This document shows positions 19,509 to 27,769 of a stretch of DNA of 53,701 nucleotides, in pieces; position 1 is the stretch's first letter, and each line of letters begins with the position of its first letter. The notes under the pieces are model-generated. The model ran no database searches and was not told the origin of the DNA. It saw only the letters and a list, made by a program, of their open reading frames with translations. Origin of the DNA: Candidatus Azambacteria bacterium RIFCSPLOWO2_01_FULL_46_26 (GTDB lineage: Bacteria; Patescibacteriota; Minisyncoccia; UBA9936); contig MEYT01000042.1 of the NCBI GenBank assembly GCA_001774105.1, forward strand, positions 1-53,701, read 5' to 3'. The translations under genes and the position numbers were made by a program.

Positions 19509-19694
19509 TTATTTAAGGACTCCCGCTACGTTAAGGAAAATTACGCTTGAAAAAAAGAAAAAACCGCACCCTAGCAGTGACATTGGTAAAAGCGCTATCC
19601 CTTCCCTTCTTGCGTAAATTATAGCGCCCGCGCCGACCACTGCGGAAGCAATCCCCGCAATAACACACAAGGCCAAAAACAGCATTTTCTTCAC
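19509..19694 (-). CDS. Small two-TM membrane protein, unknown function
   Basis: 61 aa and hydrophobic. A strong TTGACA-16-TATACT promoter lies at 19760-19787, with a GAGGTG RBS and a shared terminator at 19468-19496. Confidence 0.6.
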   Translation of the reverse strand: MKKMLFLALCVIAGIASAVVGAGAIIYARREGIALLPMSLLGCGFFFFSSVIFLNVAGVLK

Positions 19695-19759
19695 CTCGTC
19701 TTTCTCTCCGCGCCGAAACGAACGGAGACGATTGTTAAAGACCCTTTATTTTAACATTT

Positions 19760-19787
19760 AGTATAAAGAAAATTCAAATTATGTCAA
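19760..19787 (-). promoter_or_regulatory. Sigma70-type promoter of small membrane protein gene 19509-19694
   Basis: On the minus strand: TTGACA (19782-19787), 16 nt, TATACT (19760-19765). Confidence 0.65.
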
Positions 19788-19814
19788 CACACCCTGCACA
19801 CTCAAACAAGACAA

Positions 19815-20147
19815 TCACCACTTCATCTGGAAATGCCCGAGAAATTCCTTATCGCTCTCTGACAAATGTGAGGCGTCAAAGTCGGAAAAATTTTCTTTGC
19901 CATCAGATGGGCTTTTTTCCTTTGCATCGTCTTCCCTATAATTTTTTTCTGCCATGGGCCGGTAACGGGGAAATGTGGCTTTATACGGGAGCAGTCCGAC
20001 TTTCTGAGGATTTTTTTCCGCATCCGACTTTGTCAATCCTTTTTTTGCCTCATCTTCCTCCATCTTACGAGAAGCTATCAATCTAAAAAGCACAAAACCA
20101 AGATTAATCAATACCACGACCAAGACTATGTGCTTAAAAATTTGCAT
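19815..20147 (-). CDS. Small N-terminally anchored, charged protein, unknown function
   Basis: 110 aa. One TM helix is followed by a Lys/Glu/Asp-rich tail. AAGGAGG lies 8 nt upstream of the ATG. Confidence 0.6.
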   Translation of the reverse strand: MQIFKHIVLVVVLINLGFVLFRLIASRKMEEDEAKKGLTKSDAEKNPQKVGLLPYKATFPRYRPMAEKNYREDDAKEKSPSDGKENFSDFDASHLSESDKEFLGHFQMKW

Positions 20148-20412
20148 CTTTTGTTTTCCTCCTTTTTTAATTTTATTCCTTACTTCCGGGAAAACCGCAC
20201 CGCAAAAAGGATCGCGCCTGCCAAGAGCGCGTGTGCAACCAGCAACATCGCAATCTCCGACGACATTCCGGCGGCGAAGCTGATAAACCCTCCGATAGAC
20301 AATCCGTACAGATAATGTGCCATTCTTTCACCCCTCTCAATCATATTTAATTGTTAAACTTCTTTCACAAAGTATAACAAAATTTAAAGCTTCTGTCAAG
20401 TAGCATGCTCTA

Positions 20413-20440
20413 TTGACTTTAACGGCAAATATGATATTAT
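20413..20440 (+). promoter_or_regulatory. Sigma70-type promoter of the histidine phosphatase gene
   Basis: TTGACT (20413-20418), 16 nt, TATTAT (20435-20440). Confidence 0.6.
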
Positions 20441-20486
20441 ACACATAAACAGAGTATGAACTTTTACAAGAAAGCGGGGTGGATGA

Positions 20487-21173
20487 GTGGCACACATAAT
20501 TTTAGTCAGGCACGGCGAGACCGAAGCCAACCGGCTGGGCATTTATCAAGGAAAGATTACCGACCCTTTTTTAAACTTGACCGGCAATCGTCAGGCGGAT
20601 GCGGCTTCCGAAGCGCTGAAAGATTTTCAAATTGAAAAAATCTATTCAAGCACGAGTATGAGAGCCATAGAAACCGCGGAAAACATCAATAATTATCACG
20701 AAAAAAGCATTTTCGCGACCGACGAACTGTTGGAAATAGACCACGGCCTTTTTGACGGCAAAACCTTAGAGCAGATAAAGATTGAATATCCCGAGATTTT
20801 GGAGGTTTGGTGGAATCACCCGGAAAAAGTCAAATTTCCGAAGGGCGAAACGCTTAAAGGCGCGCACCGACGGGTCACACAATTCATTAACGACGTCATT
20901 ACTGGCATAACGCGGGAGATTCGCTCCGTAAACGACAATAGCGACGTTCTTATCGTCTCCCACGGTGGAGCAATTACCTTAATGCTGATGAGTATTTTGG
21001 AAATCCCGCTTCGCAATTTCAGAAAATTTCCGCGCATCTCAAATACCGGCGTAACTTTAATCAAGGTAACGGAAAAAGGCCCTTCAATTATCGCCGTCAA
21101 TAATACCTGTCATTGGAACTGCCGCACCAACAATCTCCGCCAACTCATTAAACCTAAAAAAACCGAGCAATAA
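20487..21173 (+). CDS. Histidine phosphatase family protein (phosphoglycerate mutase-like)
   Basis: LVRHGETEAN (RHG motif) and VSHGGAI are present. GTG start. The promoter TTGACT-16-TATTAT lies at 20413-20440. Confidence 0.8.
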   Translation: MAHIILVRHGETEANRLGIYQGKITDPFLNLTGNRQADAASEALKDFQIEKIYSSTSMRAIETAENINNYHEKSIFATDELLEIDHGLFDGKTLEQIKIEYPEILEVWWNHPEKVKFPKGETLKGAHRRVTQFINDVITGITREIRSVNDNSDVLIVSHGGAITLMLMSILEIPLRNFRKFPRISNTGVTLIKVTEKGPSIIAVNNTCHWNCRTNNLRQLIKPKKTEQ

Positions 21174-21185
21174 AAAATCAGCAAT

Positions 21186-21210
21186 AAAATCCTCTTTTTA
21201 AGAGGATTTT
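21186..21210. terminator. Bidirectional terminator between the histidine phosphatase and PMM/PGM genes
   Basis: AAAATCCTCT-tttta-AGAGGATTTT. It overlaps the PMM/PGM stop codon. Confidence 0.75.
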
Positions 21211-22562
21211 TTAATTATTATCGTCAGCATTTTCTTTTTTTCTTCAAGTATTTTCTTTGTTTTCGCTTCAAGGTTCAACCGCAACAGCGGCTCGGTATTG
21301 GAAGACCGGACGTTAAACCACCAGTCCTTGTATTCCACGGACAAGCCATCAACTTTGGAAACGCGACCGTCAGAAAATTTCTTTTCCAAGTTTTTTATTA
21401 TCCCGAACTTATCCTTAACTTCAAAATTTATCTCGCCGGAAGCGAAATACCGCTCAAACGGCTTTATCAGCTCCGAGAGCGGCTTTTTTTCTTGAGCCAC
21501 GATTTTTAATACTTTCATCATCGTGAAAATTCCGGAATCGGCGTTGAAAAAATCTCTGAAATAATAATGCCCCGAAAGTTCTCCGCCAAAAACAACGCCT
21601 TCTTTCCATAAGTGCTCCTTGAAAAAACTATGCCCTATCCGGCTGACGAACGGTCGTCCCCCTTTTTCCGCGATTGCCTCCCTCACGACCCGGCTTGAAT
21701 TGACGCCGAAAGCGATTTTTGCTTTGGGGTATTTTTTAAGATATTCGCCGGCCAGCAAAGCGGTTATAAAATCGGCCCTCGCCGGCCGGCCTTCGGCGGT
21801 CAAAAAAACAACCCTATCGCCGTCTCCGTCAAAAGCAATGCCCGCGTCGGCTTTCTTTTTTCGCATTAAATTCTTCAAGTCATTCAGCGTATCTTCCTTC
21901 AAAGGATTGGCTTCGTGGTTCGGAAAACCGCAATCAATCTTAAAATATAGAGGAAAAACTTTAATTCTTTTGATTTTTTTAAAAAGCTTGGGCAAAATTA
22001 AACCGGCCATGCCGTTGCCGCTGTCTATGGCTATTTTCAAATCCGGCATTTCAATATTTTTAATTTGCCAAAGCATAAAATTAACATATTTTTTAAAAAG
22101 CAATTTCTTTTTTAAAGTTCCTTTTTTGACAGACGCCGCAAATTTTGCTCTTAAAGCAAATGCTTTTATCTCTTCAAGCCCGGTTTCCTCTCCAACCGGC
22201 CTTGCTTGTTTCAATGTGAATTTTAAGCCGTTATATTTGGCCGGGTTATGGGAAGCGGTAACCATCGCTCCGCCGTCCGCTTTTGCTTTATTTACGGCAA
22301 AATAAAACATCGGCGTCGTCGCAAGCCCGATGTCAATAATTTTTCCGCCTTGTTCCAAAATGCCGCGGACAAGCGCCTTTTTTAATCCGGGTGAGGAAAT
22401 CCTCGCGTCGGAACCGACAACAATTACCGGTTGCTTCCTTGCTTTTTTTGTCAGCCACACGGCGAAGGCCCTGCCGACAAGATAAACCGTCTCCTCGTTA
22501 ATCTCTCCGGGATAAACCCCCCTGACGTCGTACGCCTTAAAAATTGACGGATTGATGGACAT
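21198..22562 (-). CDS. Phosphomannomutase/phosphoglucomutase (alpha-D-phosphohexomutase)
   Basis: 454 aa. Contains the active-site loop TASHNPAKYNGLK, the metal loop FDGDGDR and the sugar loop GGELSGH. Confidence 0.9.
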   Translation of the reverse strand: MSINPSIFKAYDVRGVYPGEINEETVYLVGRAFAVWLTKKARKQPVIVVGSDARISSPGLKKALVRGILEQGGKIIDIGLATTPMFYFAVNKAKADGGAMVTASHNPAKYNGLKFTLKQARPVGEETGLEEIKAFALRAKFAASVKKGTLKKKLLFKKYVNFMLWQIKNIEMPDLKIAIDSGNGMAGLILPKLFKKIKRIKVFPLYFKIDCGFPNHEANPLKEDTLNDLKNLMRKKKADAGIAFDGDGDRVVFLTAEGRPARADFITALLAGEYLKKYPKAKIAFGVNSSRVVREAIAEKGGRPFVSRIGHSFFKEHLWKEGVVFGGELSGHYYFRDFFNADSGIFTMMKVLKIVAQEKKPLSELIKPFERYFASGEINFEVKDKFGIIKNLEKKFSDGRVSKVDGLSVEYKDWWFNVRSSNTEPLLRLNLEAKTKKILEEKKKMLTIIIKKSS

Positions 22563-22571
22563 ATAGTTATA

Positions 22572-22585
22572 TGTATATTATACCA
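22572..22585. promoter_or_regulatory. Overlapping divergent extended -10 promoters (ychF on plus, PMM/PGM on minus)
   Basis: The plus strand has TGTATATT at 22572-22579, 7 nt before the ychF ATG. The minus strand has TGGTATAAT at 22577-22585, 14 nt before the PMM/PGM ATG. The whole intergenic region is 24 nt. Confidence 0.55.
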
Positions 22586-22586
22586 T

Positions 22587-23687
22587 ATGTCATTTTCCAT
22601 AGGCATCGTCGGCCTTCCAAACGTAGGCAAATCAACGCTGTTCAAGGCGCTGACGAAAAAACAAGTCGACATCGCCAATTACCCTTTTTGCACCATTGAT
22701 CCCAATGTCGGCGTTGTCGCGGTCCCGGACGAGCGGCTTGAAAAATTAGCCGCTTTTTCCCGTTCCAAAAAAATTGTCCCGACGGCCATTGAATTCGTTG
22801 ACATCGCCGGACTGGTCGCCGGAGCCCACAAAGGCGAGGGGCTGGGCAATCAATTCCTCTCTCACATCAGGGAAGTTGCCGCCATCGCCGAAGTCGTAAG
22901 AATTTTTGAAGATCAAAACATCATCCACACTTCCGGAAAAATCAATCCCCTGAGCGACGTTGAAACGATTAATCTTGAATTAATTCTCGCCGATTTGGCG
23001 GCGGTTTCCAAGCGCCTGGAAAAAATAAGCCGGGAAGCGAAAAGCGGCAGGAAAGAAGCGATTTTGGAGCGCGATCTTTTGGAAAAAATCAAAAAAGTCA
23101 TTGAAGAACAAAAATTCGCCTCGCAGGTTGACGTTTCGCAAGCCGAGGAACCGATTTTAAAAAGCCTGAATTTGCTTACCGTAAAGCCGATTCTTTACGT
23201 TTTAAACAAAAAATCAGGCGGGGTGAATTTGGATGAAATGAACGATCCTCGCTATTCGGAACTTATGGATTTTTTCAGAAACAATAACGCGGTCTGGACG
23301 GTTGTCGACGCAAAAATCGAAGAAGAACTAAGTGAAATATCCGACGATGAAAAAGAGGAATATCAGAAAGCGTTGAATTTAAAAGACGACGGCGGTGTCG
23401 GACGGTTGATAGTTAAAAGCTACGAACTCCTGAATTTAATCACTTTTCTGACCACCGGCGAAGACGAGACGCGCGCCTGGACCATTCCCGCCGGCTCGAC
23501 GGCTCCCCGCGCCGGACGCGCGATTCACGGCGATTTTGAGGAAAAATTCATCAAAGCCGAAATCGTCAATTGGCGAACGCTACTTGAAATCGGTTCTTAC
23601 GCCGCGGCCCGCGAAAAAGGTTTAATCAAAACCGAAGGCCGAGAATACGTCGTTCAAGACGGCGATGTAATTGAATTTAAAATTTAA
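22587..23687 (+). CDS. ychF: Redox-regulated ATPase YchF
   Basis: 366 aa. Contains GIVGLPNVGKSTLFKALT and a C-terminal TGS-like end (GDFEEKFIKAEIV...DGDVIEFK). Confidence 0.93.
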   Translation: MSFSIGIVGLPNVGKSTLFKALTKKQVDIANYPFCTIDPNVGVVAVPDERLEKLAAFSRSKKIVPTAIEFVDIAGLVAGAHKGEGLGNQFLSHIREVAAIAEVVRIFEDQNIIHTSGKINPLSDVETINLELILADLAAVSKRLEKISREAKSGRKEAILERDLLEKIKKVIEEQKFASQVDVSQAEEPILKSLNLLTVKPILYVLNKKSGGVNLDEMNDPRYSELMDFFRNNNAVWTVVDAKIEEELSEISDDEKEEYQKALNLKDDGGVGRLIVKSYELLNLITFLTTGEDETRAWTIPAGSTAPRAGRAIHGDFEEKFIKAEIVNWRTLLEIGSYAAAREKGLIKTEGREYVVQDGDVIEFKI

Positions 23688-23762
23688 ATTTGACTAATTA
23701 TTTTTTCGTTGTAAAATCAAAACAACGGTTCATTAATAACTTTTAAAAAGGAGGTGGTTCGT

Positions 23763-24668
23763 TTGAGCGGTTTTCATTGGCTGATTTTGCCGGCCGCCCT
23801 GTTGATATCCGCGTTATTTATCCCATTCCTGTTCAAGCACAGATTCATCGCCGGAAAAACGATTGGCTCGGCTTTGCGTCGGGCCCGTAAATGCGAAAAA
23901 AGCGGAATTGCCGCTTCCATTGATCATTTAGGCGAAGACATTAGATCGGTTGAACAAGTAGCGGTTGAGATAGAGGAATATCTTAATTTAATTGACAAAA
24001 TTAAAAAGAACGGCTTAAAAGCGAACATTGCCGTTAAACCAACTTCTCTCGGACTCGCGCTGCCGGCCGCCAATCGCCCGGCTGGAAAAATGATTTTCGC
24101 CGTCGCGATTGAAATCATCACCCAAAAAGCGAAACGGGAAAATATGTCGGTCTGGCTTGACATGGAAGATTCGCGCTTCACTCATAATACCGTTGATATC
24201 GCGATTTGGCTGAACGAACTCGGGTGTCGGAACATTGGAGTAGCCATTCAGGCCTATTTGAAGCGGAGCAAAGCGGATGTTGAACTGCTGTGCCGCCATA
24301 AAATCCCGATACGTCTATGTAAGGGAATTTACCGCGAAAAACCGGACATTGCGCTTCAAAAAGACGGCGAAATCAGAAACAACTTCCTGGAACTGGCGCG
24401 ATTCATTCTCGAAAACAAAAGCCCGATCGCCGTCGCGACTCACGATCCTTTAATTATTCGGGAAATCGTCGATCTCACGAAAAAGGGCGACGACATCGGC
24501 CAACTGATTGAATTTCAAATGCTGCTCGGAAAACGAACCCGTCTTCTGCGAAAACTCACCGCGGAAGGCCATCAAACGCGGATTTACATTCCTTACGGCA
24601 AACGCTGGCTGCGCTACGCCTTTCGGCGCCTCAAAGAAGGCAAACTCCTGAAATTATTATTTTCTTAA
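23763..24668 (+). CDS. Proline dehydrogenase family protein
   Basis: PRODH barrel motifs are present: VKPTSLGL, VWLDMEDS, IQAYLKRS, RLCKGIY, VATHD, EFQMLLG, YIPYG..W..Y..RRL.E. TTG 23763 lies 8 nt after AAGGAGG; the ORF-track start is GTG 23754. Confidence 0.75.
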   Translation: MSGFHWLILPAALLISALFIPFLFKHRFIAGKTIGSALRRARKCEKSGIAASIDHLGEDIRSVEQVAVEIEEYLNLIDKIKKNGLKANIAVKPTSLGLALPAANRPAGKMIFAVAIEIITQKAKRENMSVWLDMEDSRFTHNTVDIAIWLNELGCRNIGVAIQAYLKRSKADVELLCRHKIPIRLCKGIYREKPDIALQKDGEIRNNFLELARFILENKSPIAVATHDPLIIREIVDLTKKGDDIGQLIEFQMLLGKRTRLLRKLTAEGHQTRIYIPYGKRWLRYAFRRLKEGKLLKLLFS

Positions 24669-24691
24669 CCCTCTATTAAATAGAGGGTTTT
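24667..24691 (+). terminator. Terminator hairpin after the proline dehydrogenase gene
   Basis: AACCCTCTA-ttaaa-TAGAGGGTT followed by TT. The short U-run makes this moderate confidence. Confidence 0.6.
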
Positions 24692-24697
24692 AAATTA

Positions 24698-24726
24698 TTG
24701 ACATCCTTTTATTTAACTGCTAAACT
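24698..24726 (+). promoter_or_regulatory. Sigma70-type promoter of rpsF-ssb-rpsR
   Basis: TTGACA (24698-24703), 17 nt, TAAACT (24721-24726). The ATG is at 24734, so the leader is very short. Confidence 0.65.
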
Positions 24727-24733
24727 GGATTTC

Positions 24734-25240
24734 ATGACAAACGAAAAGAAACAGAATTTCTACGAACTTGGCTACCATCTTTCTCCGGAAATCCCGGAGG
24801 CGGAATTGTCGCCGTCAACGGATAAAATCAAGTCCCTAATTGAAAAATTGAACGGCGAAGTTAAATTCGGCGACGTGAAAAAAAGACGGCTCGCTTATCC
24901 GCTTCAAAAACACGCCGAGAGTTATTTCGGTTTCGTTAAATTCATTCTGGAGCCTGAAAAAATGGAAAAACTGAAAAACGAATTGAAACTGGACAAGCAA
25001 GTTCTTCGTTTTCTTGTTCTCTCCCTGAAACCGGAAGAAGCCGAGCAAAAGCCGGGCTTGCCTCCGTTTTTGGCGTCGATCGCCGCCGTTCCGCCCATGT
25101 CTCAAAAGAAAAGAACGGTAAGCGAACCGAAACAGCCGGAAACCGCGGCCCCGACGGCAGCCGAAACCAAAAAAGCCATGGAAGAACTTGACGTAACATT
25201 GGAAAAAATTTTGGGAAACGAACCTCCCAAAAATAATTAA
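24734..25240 (+). CDS. rpsF: 30S ribosomal protein S6 with a long acidic/Pro-rich C-terminal extension
   Basis: YELGYHLSPEIPE...KRRLAYPLQK matches S6, in the gene order rpsF-ssb-rpsR. ATG 24734 is chosen because TTGACA-17-TAAACT (24698-24726) occupies the 5' end of the longer ORF. Confidence 0.88.
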   Translation: MTNEKKQNFYELGYHLSPEIPEAELSPSTDKIKSLIEKLNGEVKFGDVKKRRLAYPLQKHAESYFGFVKFILEPEKMEKLKNELKLDKQVLRFLVLSLKPEEAEQKPGLPPFLASIAAVPPMSQKKRTVSEPKQPETAAPTAAETKKAMEELDVTLEKILGNEPPKNN

Positions 25241-25259
25241 TTACTAATTTTTCAAAAAA

Positions 25260-25703
25260 ATGAACCTCAATAAAGTGATGATTTTAGGAAATATCACCCG
25301 CGACCCGGAGATGCGGACAACGCCCGCAGGAAAAGCCGTGGTAACGCTCGGAGTCGCGACGAATCGGCGCTGGACGAACGCGAGCGGCCAGAAACAGGAA
25401 CAGGCCGAATTTCATAATGTCGTGCTTTGGGGCCGGCTCGCCGAAATAGCCAATCAATATCTTGCCAAAGGCGCTTTGGTCCTCATCGAAGGCCGGCTTC
25501 AGACAAGAACATGGGAGGGACAGGACGGAGTAAAAAGATACCGGACCGAAATCATCGCCGAGAACATGCAGATGGGGCCAAGACTGGCGGGTGCGGCAAA
25601 AGCGACCGCCAATAACGATATTTCGCGTGAAGAAAAAATGGATGATTTGCCTATAATTGAAGAAGAAACCGGAGAAATAGAAGCAAAAGACATACCGTTT
25701 TAA
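25260..25703 (+). CDS. ssb: Single-stranded DNA-binding protein
   Basis: MNLNKVMILGNITRDPEMRTTPAGKAV and FHNVVLWGRLAE form the OB fold, with an acidic tail ending DIPF. Confidence 0.95.
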   Translation: MNLNKVMILGNITRDPEMRTTPAGKAVVTLGVATNRRWTNASGQKQEQAEFHNVVLWGRLAEIANQYLAKGALVLIEGRLQTRTWEGQDGVKRYRTEIIAENMQMGPRLAGAAKATANNDISREEKMDDLPIIEEETGEIEAKDIPF

Positions 25704-25716
25704 GAATTAAAAATAT

Positions 25717-25929
25717 ATGAATTTTCAGGAAAAATCTTGTTATTTTTGCAAAAATAACATCAAGTACGTCGATTACAAAGAATCGGAATTTTTAAGAAAT
25801 TTCATCAATTTCCAGGGAAAAATATATCCGAGAAAAAAAACCGGCGTTTGCACGAAACATCAGCGTTCGCTTGTTCAGGCCGTAAAACGCGCCAGGACCA
25901 TGGCTCTCTTGTCCGCCACTTCAAGATAA
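25717..25929 (+). CDS. rpsR: 30S ribosomal protein S18
   Basis: 70 aa. Contains CYFCKNNIKYVDYKE and GVCTKHQRSLVQAVKRARTMALL. Confidence 0.95.
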   Translation: MNFQEKSCYFCKNNIKYVDYKESEFLRNFINFQGKIYPRKKTGVCTKHQRSLVQAVKRARTMALLSATSR

Positions 25930-25940
25930 TGTTCCATAAA

Positions 25941-25975
25941 AAAAATCTCTCCCTTGAACAAGGGAGAGATTTTTT
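25941..25975. terminator. Bidirectional terminator between rpsR and recA
   Basis: AAAAATCTCTCCCTT-gaac-AAGGGAGAGATTTTT is a perfect 15-bp stem that includes the flanking A/T runs. Confidence 0.9.
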
Positions 25976-25980
25976 ATTTT

Positions 25981-26982
25981 CTATTTTTCTATTTTATTCA
26001 AATCGGCCAATATCTGTTTCGTCACTTGCGGGTTTTCTTTGAGAAATTGTTTTGACACTTCCATGCCCTGGCCGAGCTTCGCGTCGTGATAATTAAGCCA
26101 ACTGCCGCTCTTGTTTATAACGCCGTATTTAATCGCGGTATTGATGATATCGCCTTCGTAAGAAATCCCTTCGTTGTACATAATGTCGAATTCCGCGGTC
26201 TTAAAAGGGGGGGCGACTTTATTTTTCACCACCTTCGCGTTCACGCGGTTGCCGACGATATCCTCCCCTTTCTTAATCTGAGCCGACCGCCTGACTTCAA
26301 TTCTTACCGAAGAATAAAATTTCAGGGCTTTGCCGCCGGGCGTCGTTTCCGGATTGCCGAACATCACGCCGATTTTTGTTCTGATCTGATTAATAAAAAT
26401 AATGGTTGATCCGCTTTTGCTGGCGATTGAAGTCAATTTTCTCAATGCCTGCGACATCAAACGCGCCTGAAGGCCGATGTGCTGATCGCCGATTTCGCCC
26501 TCAATCTCGGCTCGCGGCGTCAAAGCGGCCACGGAGTCAACGACAATCACGTCAACGGCCCCGGACTTGACCAAGCTCTCCACGATTTGAAGCGCCTGCT
26601 CCCCGGAATCCGGCTGAGAAATTAGCAGATCGTCAACTTTAACGCCGATTTTTTTGGCGTATTCCGGATCAAGAGCGTGTTCGGCGTCAATAAACGCCGC
26701 AAGTCCCTTTTTCTTCTGCGCTTCGGCCACAATATGAAGAGCTAGGGTCGTCTTGCCGGAACTTTCATGACCGTAAATTTCAATTATTCGGCCTTTCGGC
26801 ACGCCGCCAACGCCCAAAGCAATATCCAAAGAAATTGAACCCGTGGGGATAGCGTCAACGTCAACTTTTTTGACTTCGCCCAATTTCATAATCGTCCCTT
26901 CGCCGAACCGCTCGCGAAGCTCTTTTACCGTCTCGGACAACACCCTGACTTTTTCGTTTTTTTCTTCGTTTGACGTAGCCAT
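25981..26982 (-). CDS. recA: Recombinase RecA
   Basis: [19 protein letters not shown] (Walker A), FIDAEHALD and IIFINQIR are present. ATG 26982 (MATSNEEK) is preferred; the TTG at 27000 lies inside the upstream palindromic repeat. Confidence 0.97.
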   Translation of the reverse strand: MATSNEEKNEKVRVLSETVKELRERFGEGTIMKLGEVKKVDVDAIPTGSISLDIALGVGGVPKGRIIEIYGHESSGKTTLALHIVAEAQKKKGLAAFIDAEHALDPEYAKKIGVKVDDLLISQPDSGEQALQIVESLVKSGAVDVIVVDSVAALTPRAEIEGEIGDQHIGLQARLMSQALRKLTSIASKSGSTIIFINQIRTKIGVMFGNPETTPGGKALKFYSSVRIEVRRSAQIKKGEDIVGNRVNAKVVKNKVAPPFKTAEFDIMYNEGISYEGDIINTAIKYGVINKSGSWLNYHDAKLGQGMEVSKQFLKENPQVTKQILADLNKIEK

Positions 26983-26991
26983 AAATTGTAT

Positions 26992-27090
26992 CGATGCCAA
27001 TATACGAATTTATACTAATTATACGAATGCGGAAATTTAAAACAGTATTTTATTCGTATTATTAGTATGCATTAGTATATTAGTATCGCG
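26992..27090. repeat. ATACGAAT/ATACTAAT-unit palindrome, copy A (5' of recA)
   Basis: The left arm is CGATGCCAATATACGAATTTATACTAATTATACGAAT. The right arm is ATTCGTATTATTAGTATGCATTAGTATATTAGTATCGCG. It fills the gap between the rodZ-like stop and the recA start. Confidence 0.9.
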
Positions 27091-27091
27091 T

Positions 27092-27769
27092 TTATTGCTG
27101 TAATATTATTTTTCTGCTTATTAATTTGCTTTTGCCGAATTTATTGGCGGCTTTAATTTCAATCAAATTCAGACCGGCGCTTAAATTGACGTAATCGAAA
27201 AATTTTCCTTCTTTGGAGACCTCCAGCCGCCTGCCGTTAACGGTCAGATCGGCGCCAATCTCCGCCAATCCTTTCAGAGTCAAACTCGGATTCAAGGTTA
27301 CGAAATCATTCGCCGGATCCTCAAGAATCAGCTTCGGCGGGCCGATTAAAAATTTCATTTGATGCCAGAAGAACAAAAATATCGCCAAAAAAACGAGTAA
27401 AGCGACAAAAACGGAAAAAATTTTCGGAGTAATGACAAAAACCGATTTATTTCCGGACAGAATTTTTCCTGATTTAACCCCGCCAAACCCGTCCGTCTGC
27501 CGATCTTTTTGGTCCGATAAACCCCGTTCCTTCCTATATTGATCGATTATTTCATTCGCGTCAAGATTCAAGACCTTGGCGCATCTTTTCAAGAAACCGA
27601 CGATAAAAACGCCTGACGGCAATTTGTCGTATTGGCCGCTTTCCAGCCGCGTCAAATATTTTTTTTGAATTTTAGTCAAAATCGCCAGATTCTCAAGAGC
27701 CAAACCCATTGACTCTCTGGCTTGTTTCAGTCGCTCGGCTAATTTTTTGTCCGACTCAATATTCACCAT
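27092..27769 (-). CDS. Helix-turn-helix (XRE-type) membrane protein, RodZ-like architecture
   Basis: It has an N-terminal HTH (LAERLKQARESMGLALENLAILTKIQKKYLTRLESG), one TM helix and an extracytoplasmic beta-rich C-terminus. ATG 27769 overlaps the ftsK stop by 14 nt. Confidence 0.65.
   Translation of the reverse strand: MVNIESDKKLAERLKQARESMGLALENLAILTKIQKKYLTRLESGQYDKLPSGVFIVGFLKRCAKVLNLDANEIIDQYRKERGLSDQKDRQTDGFGGVKSGKILSGNKSVFVITPKIFSVFVALLVFLAIFLFFWHQMKFLIGPPKLILEDPANDFVTLNPSLTLKGLAEIGADLTVNGRRLEVSKEGKFFDYVNLSAGLNLIEIKAANKFGKSKLISRKIILQQ

Noticed and set aside
20130-20340. ORF 20130-20315 (plus) and the ~50-codon minus-strand mini-ORF ending at 20180
   Set aside because: The plus-strand ORF has no signals and an odd composition. 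The minus-strand mini-ORF is hydrophobic and plausibly real, but its start codon and RBS are unclear, so it is not listed as a feature.
21619-22305. 228-aa plus-strand ORF
   Set aside because: It is antisense to the PMM/PGM gene, which carries the TASHNP active site. The same reasoning applies to 13791-14408 and 14628-15026 opposite the solute-binding protein gene.
26843-27040. ORFs reading through the ATACGAAT/ATACTAAT palindromes (26843-27040, 37079-37351)
   Set aside because: Their translations ([37 protein letters not shown]) are just the repeat units in frame. They overlap real genes on the other strand, so I treat them as repeat artefacts.
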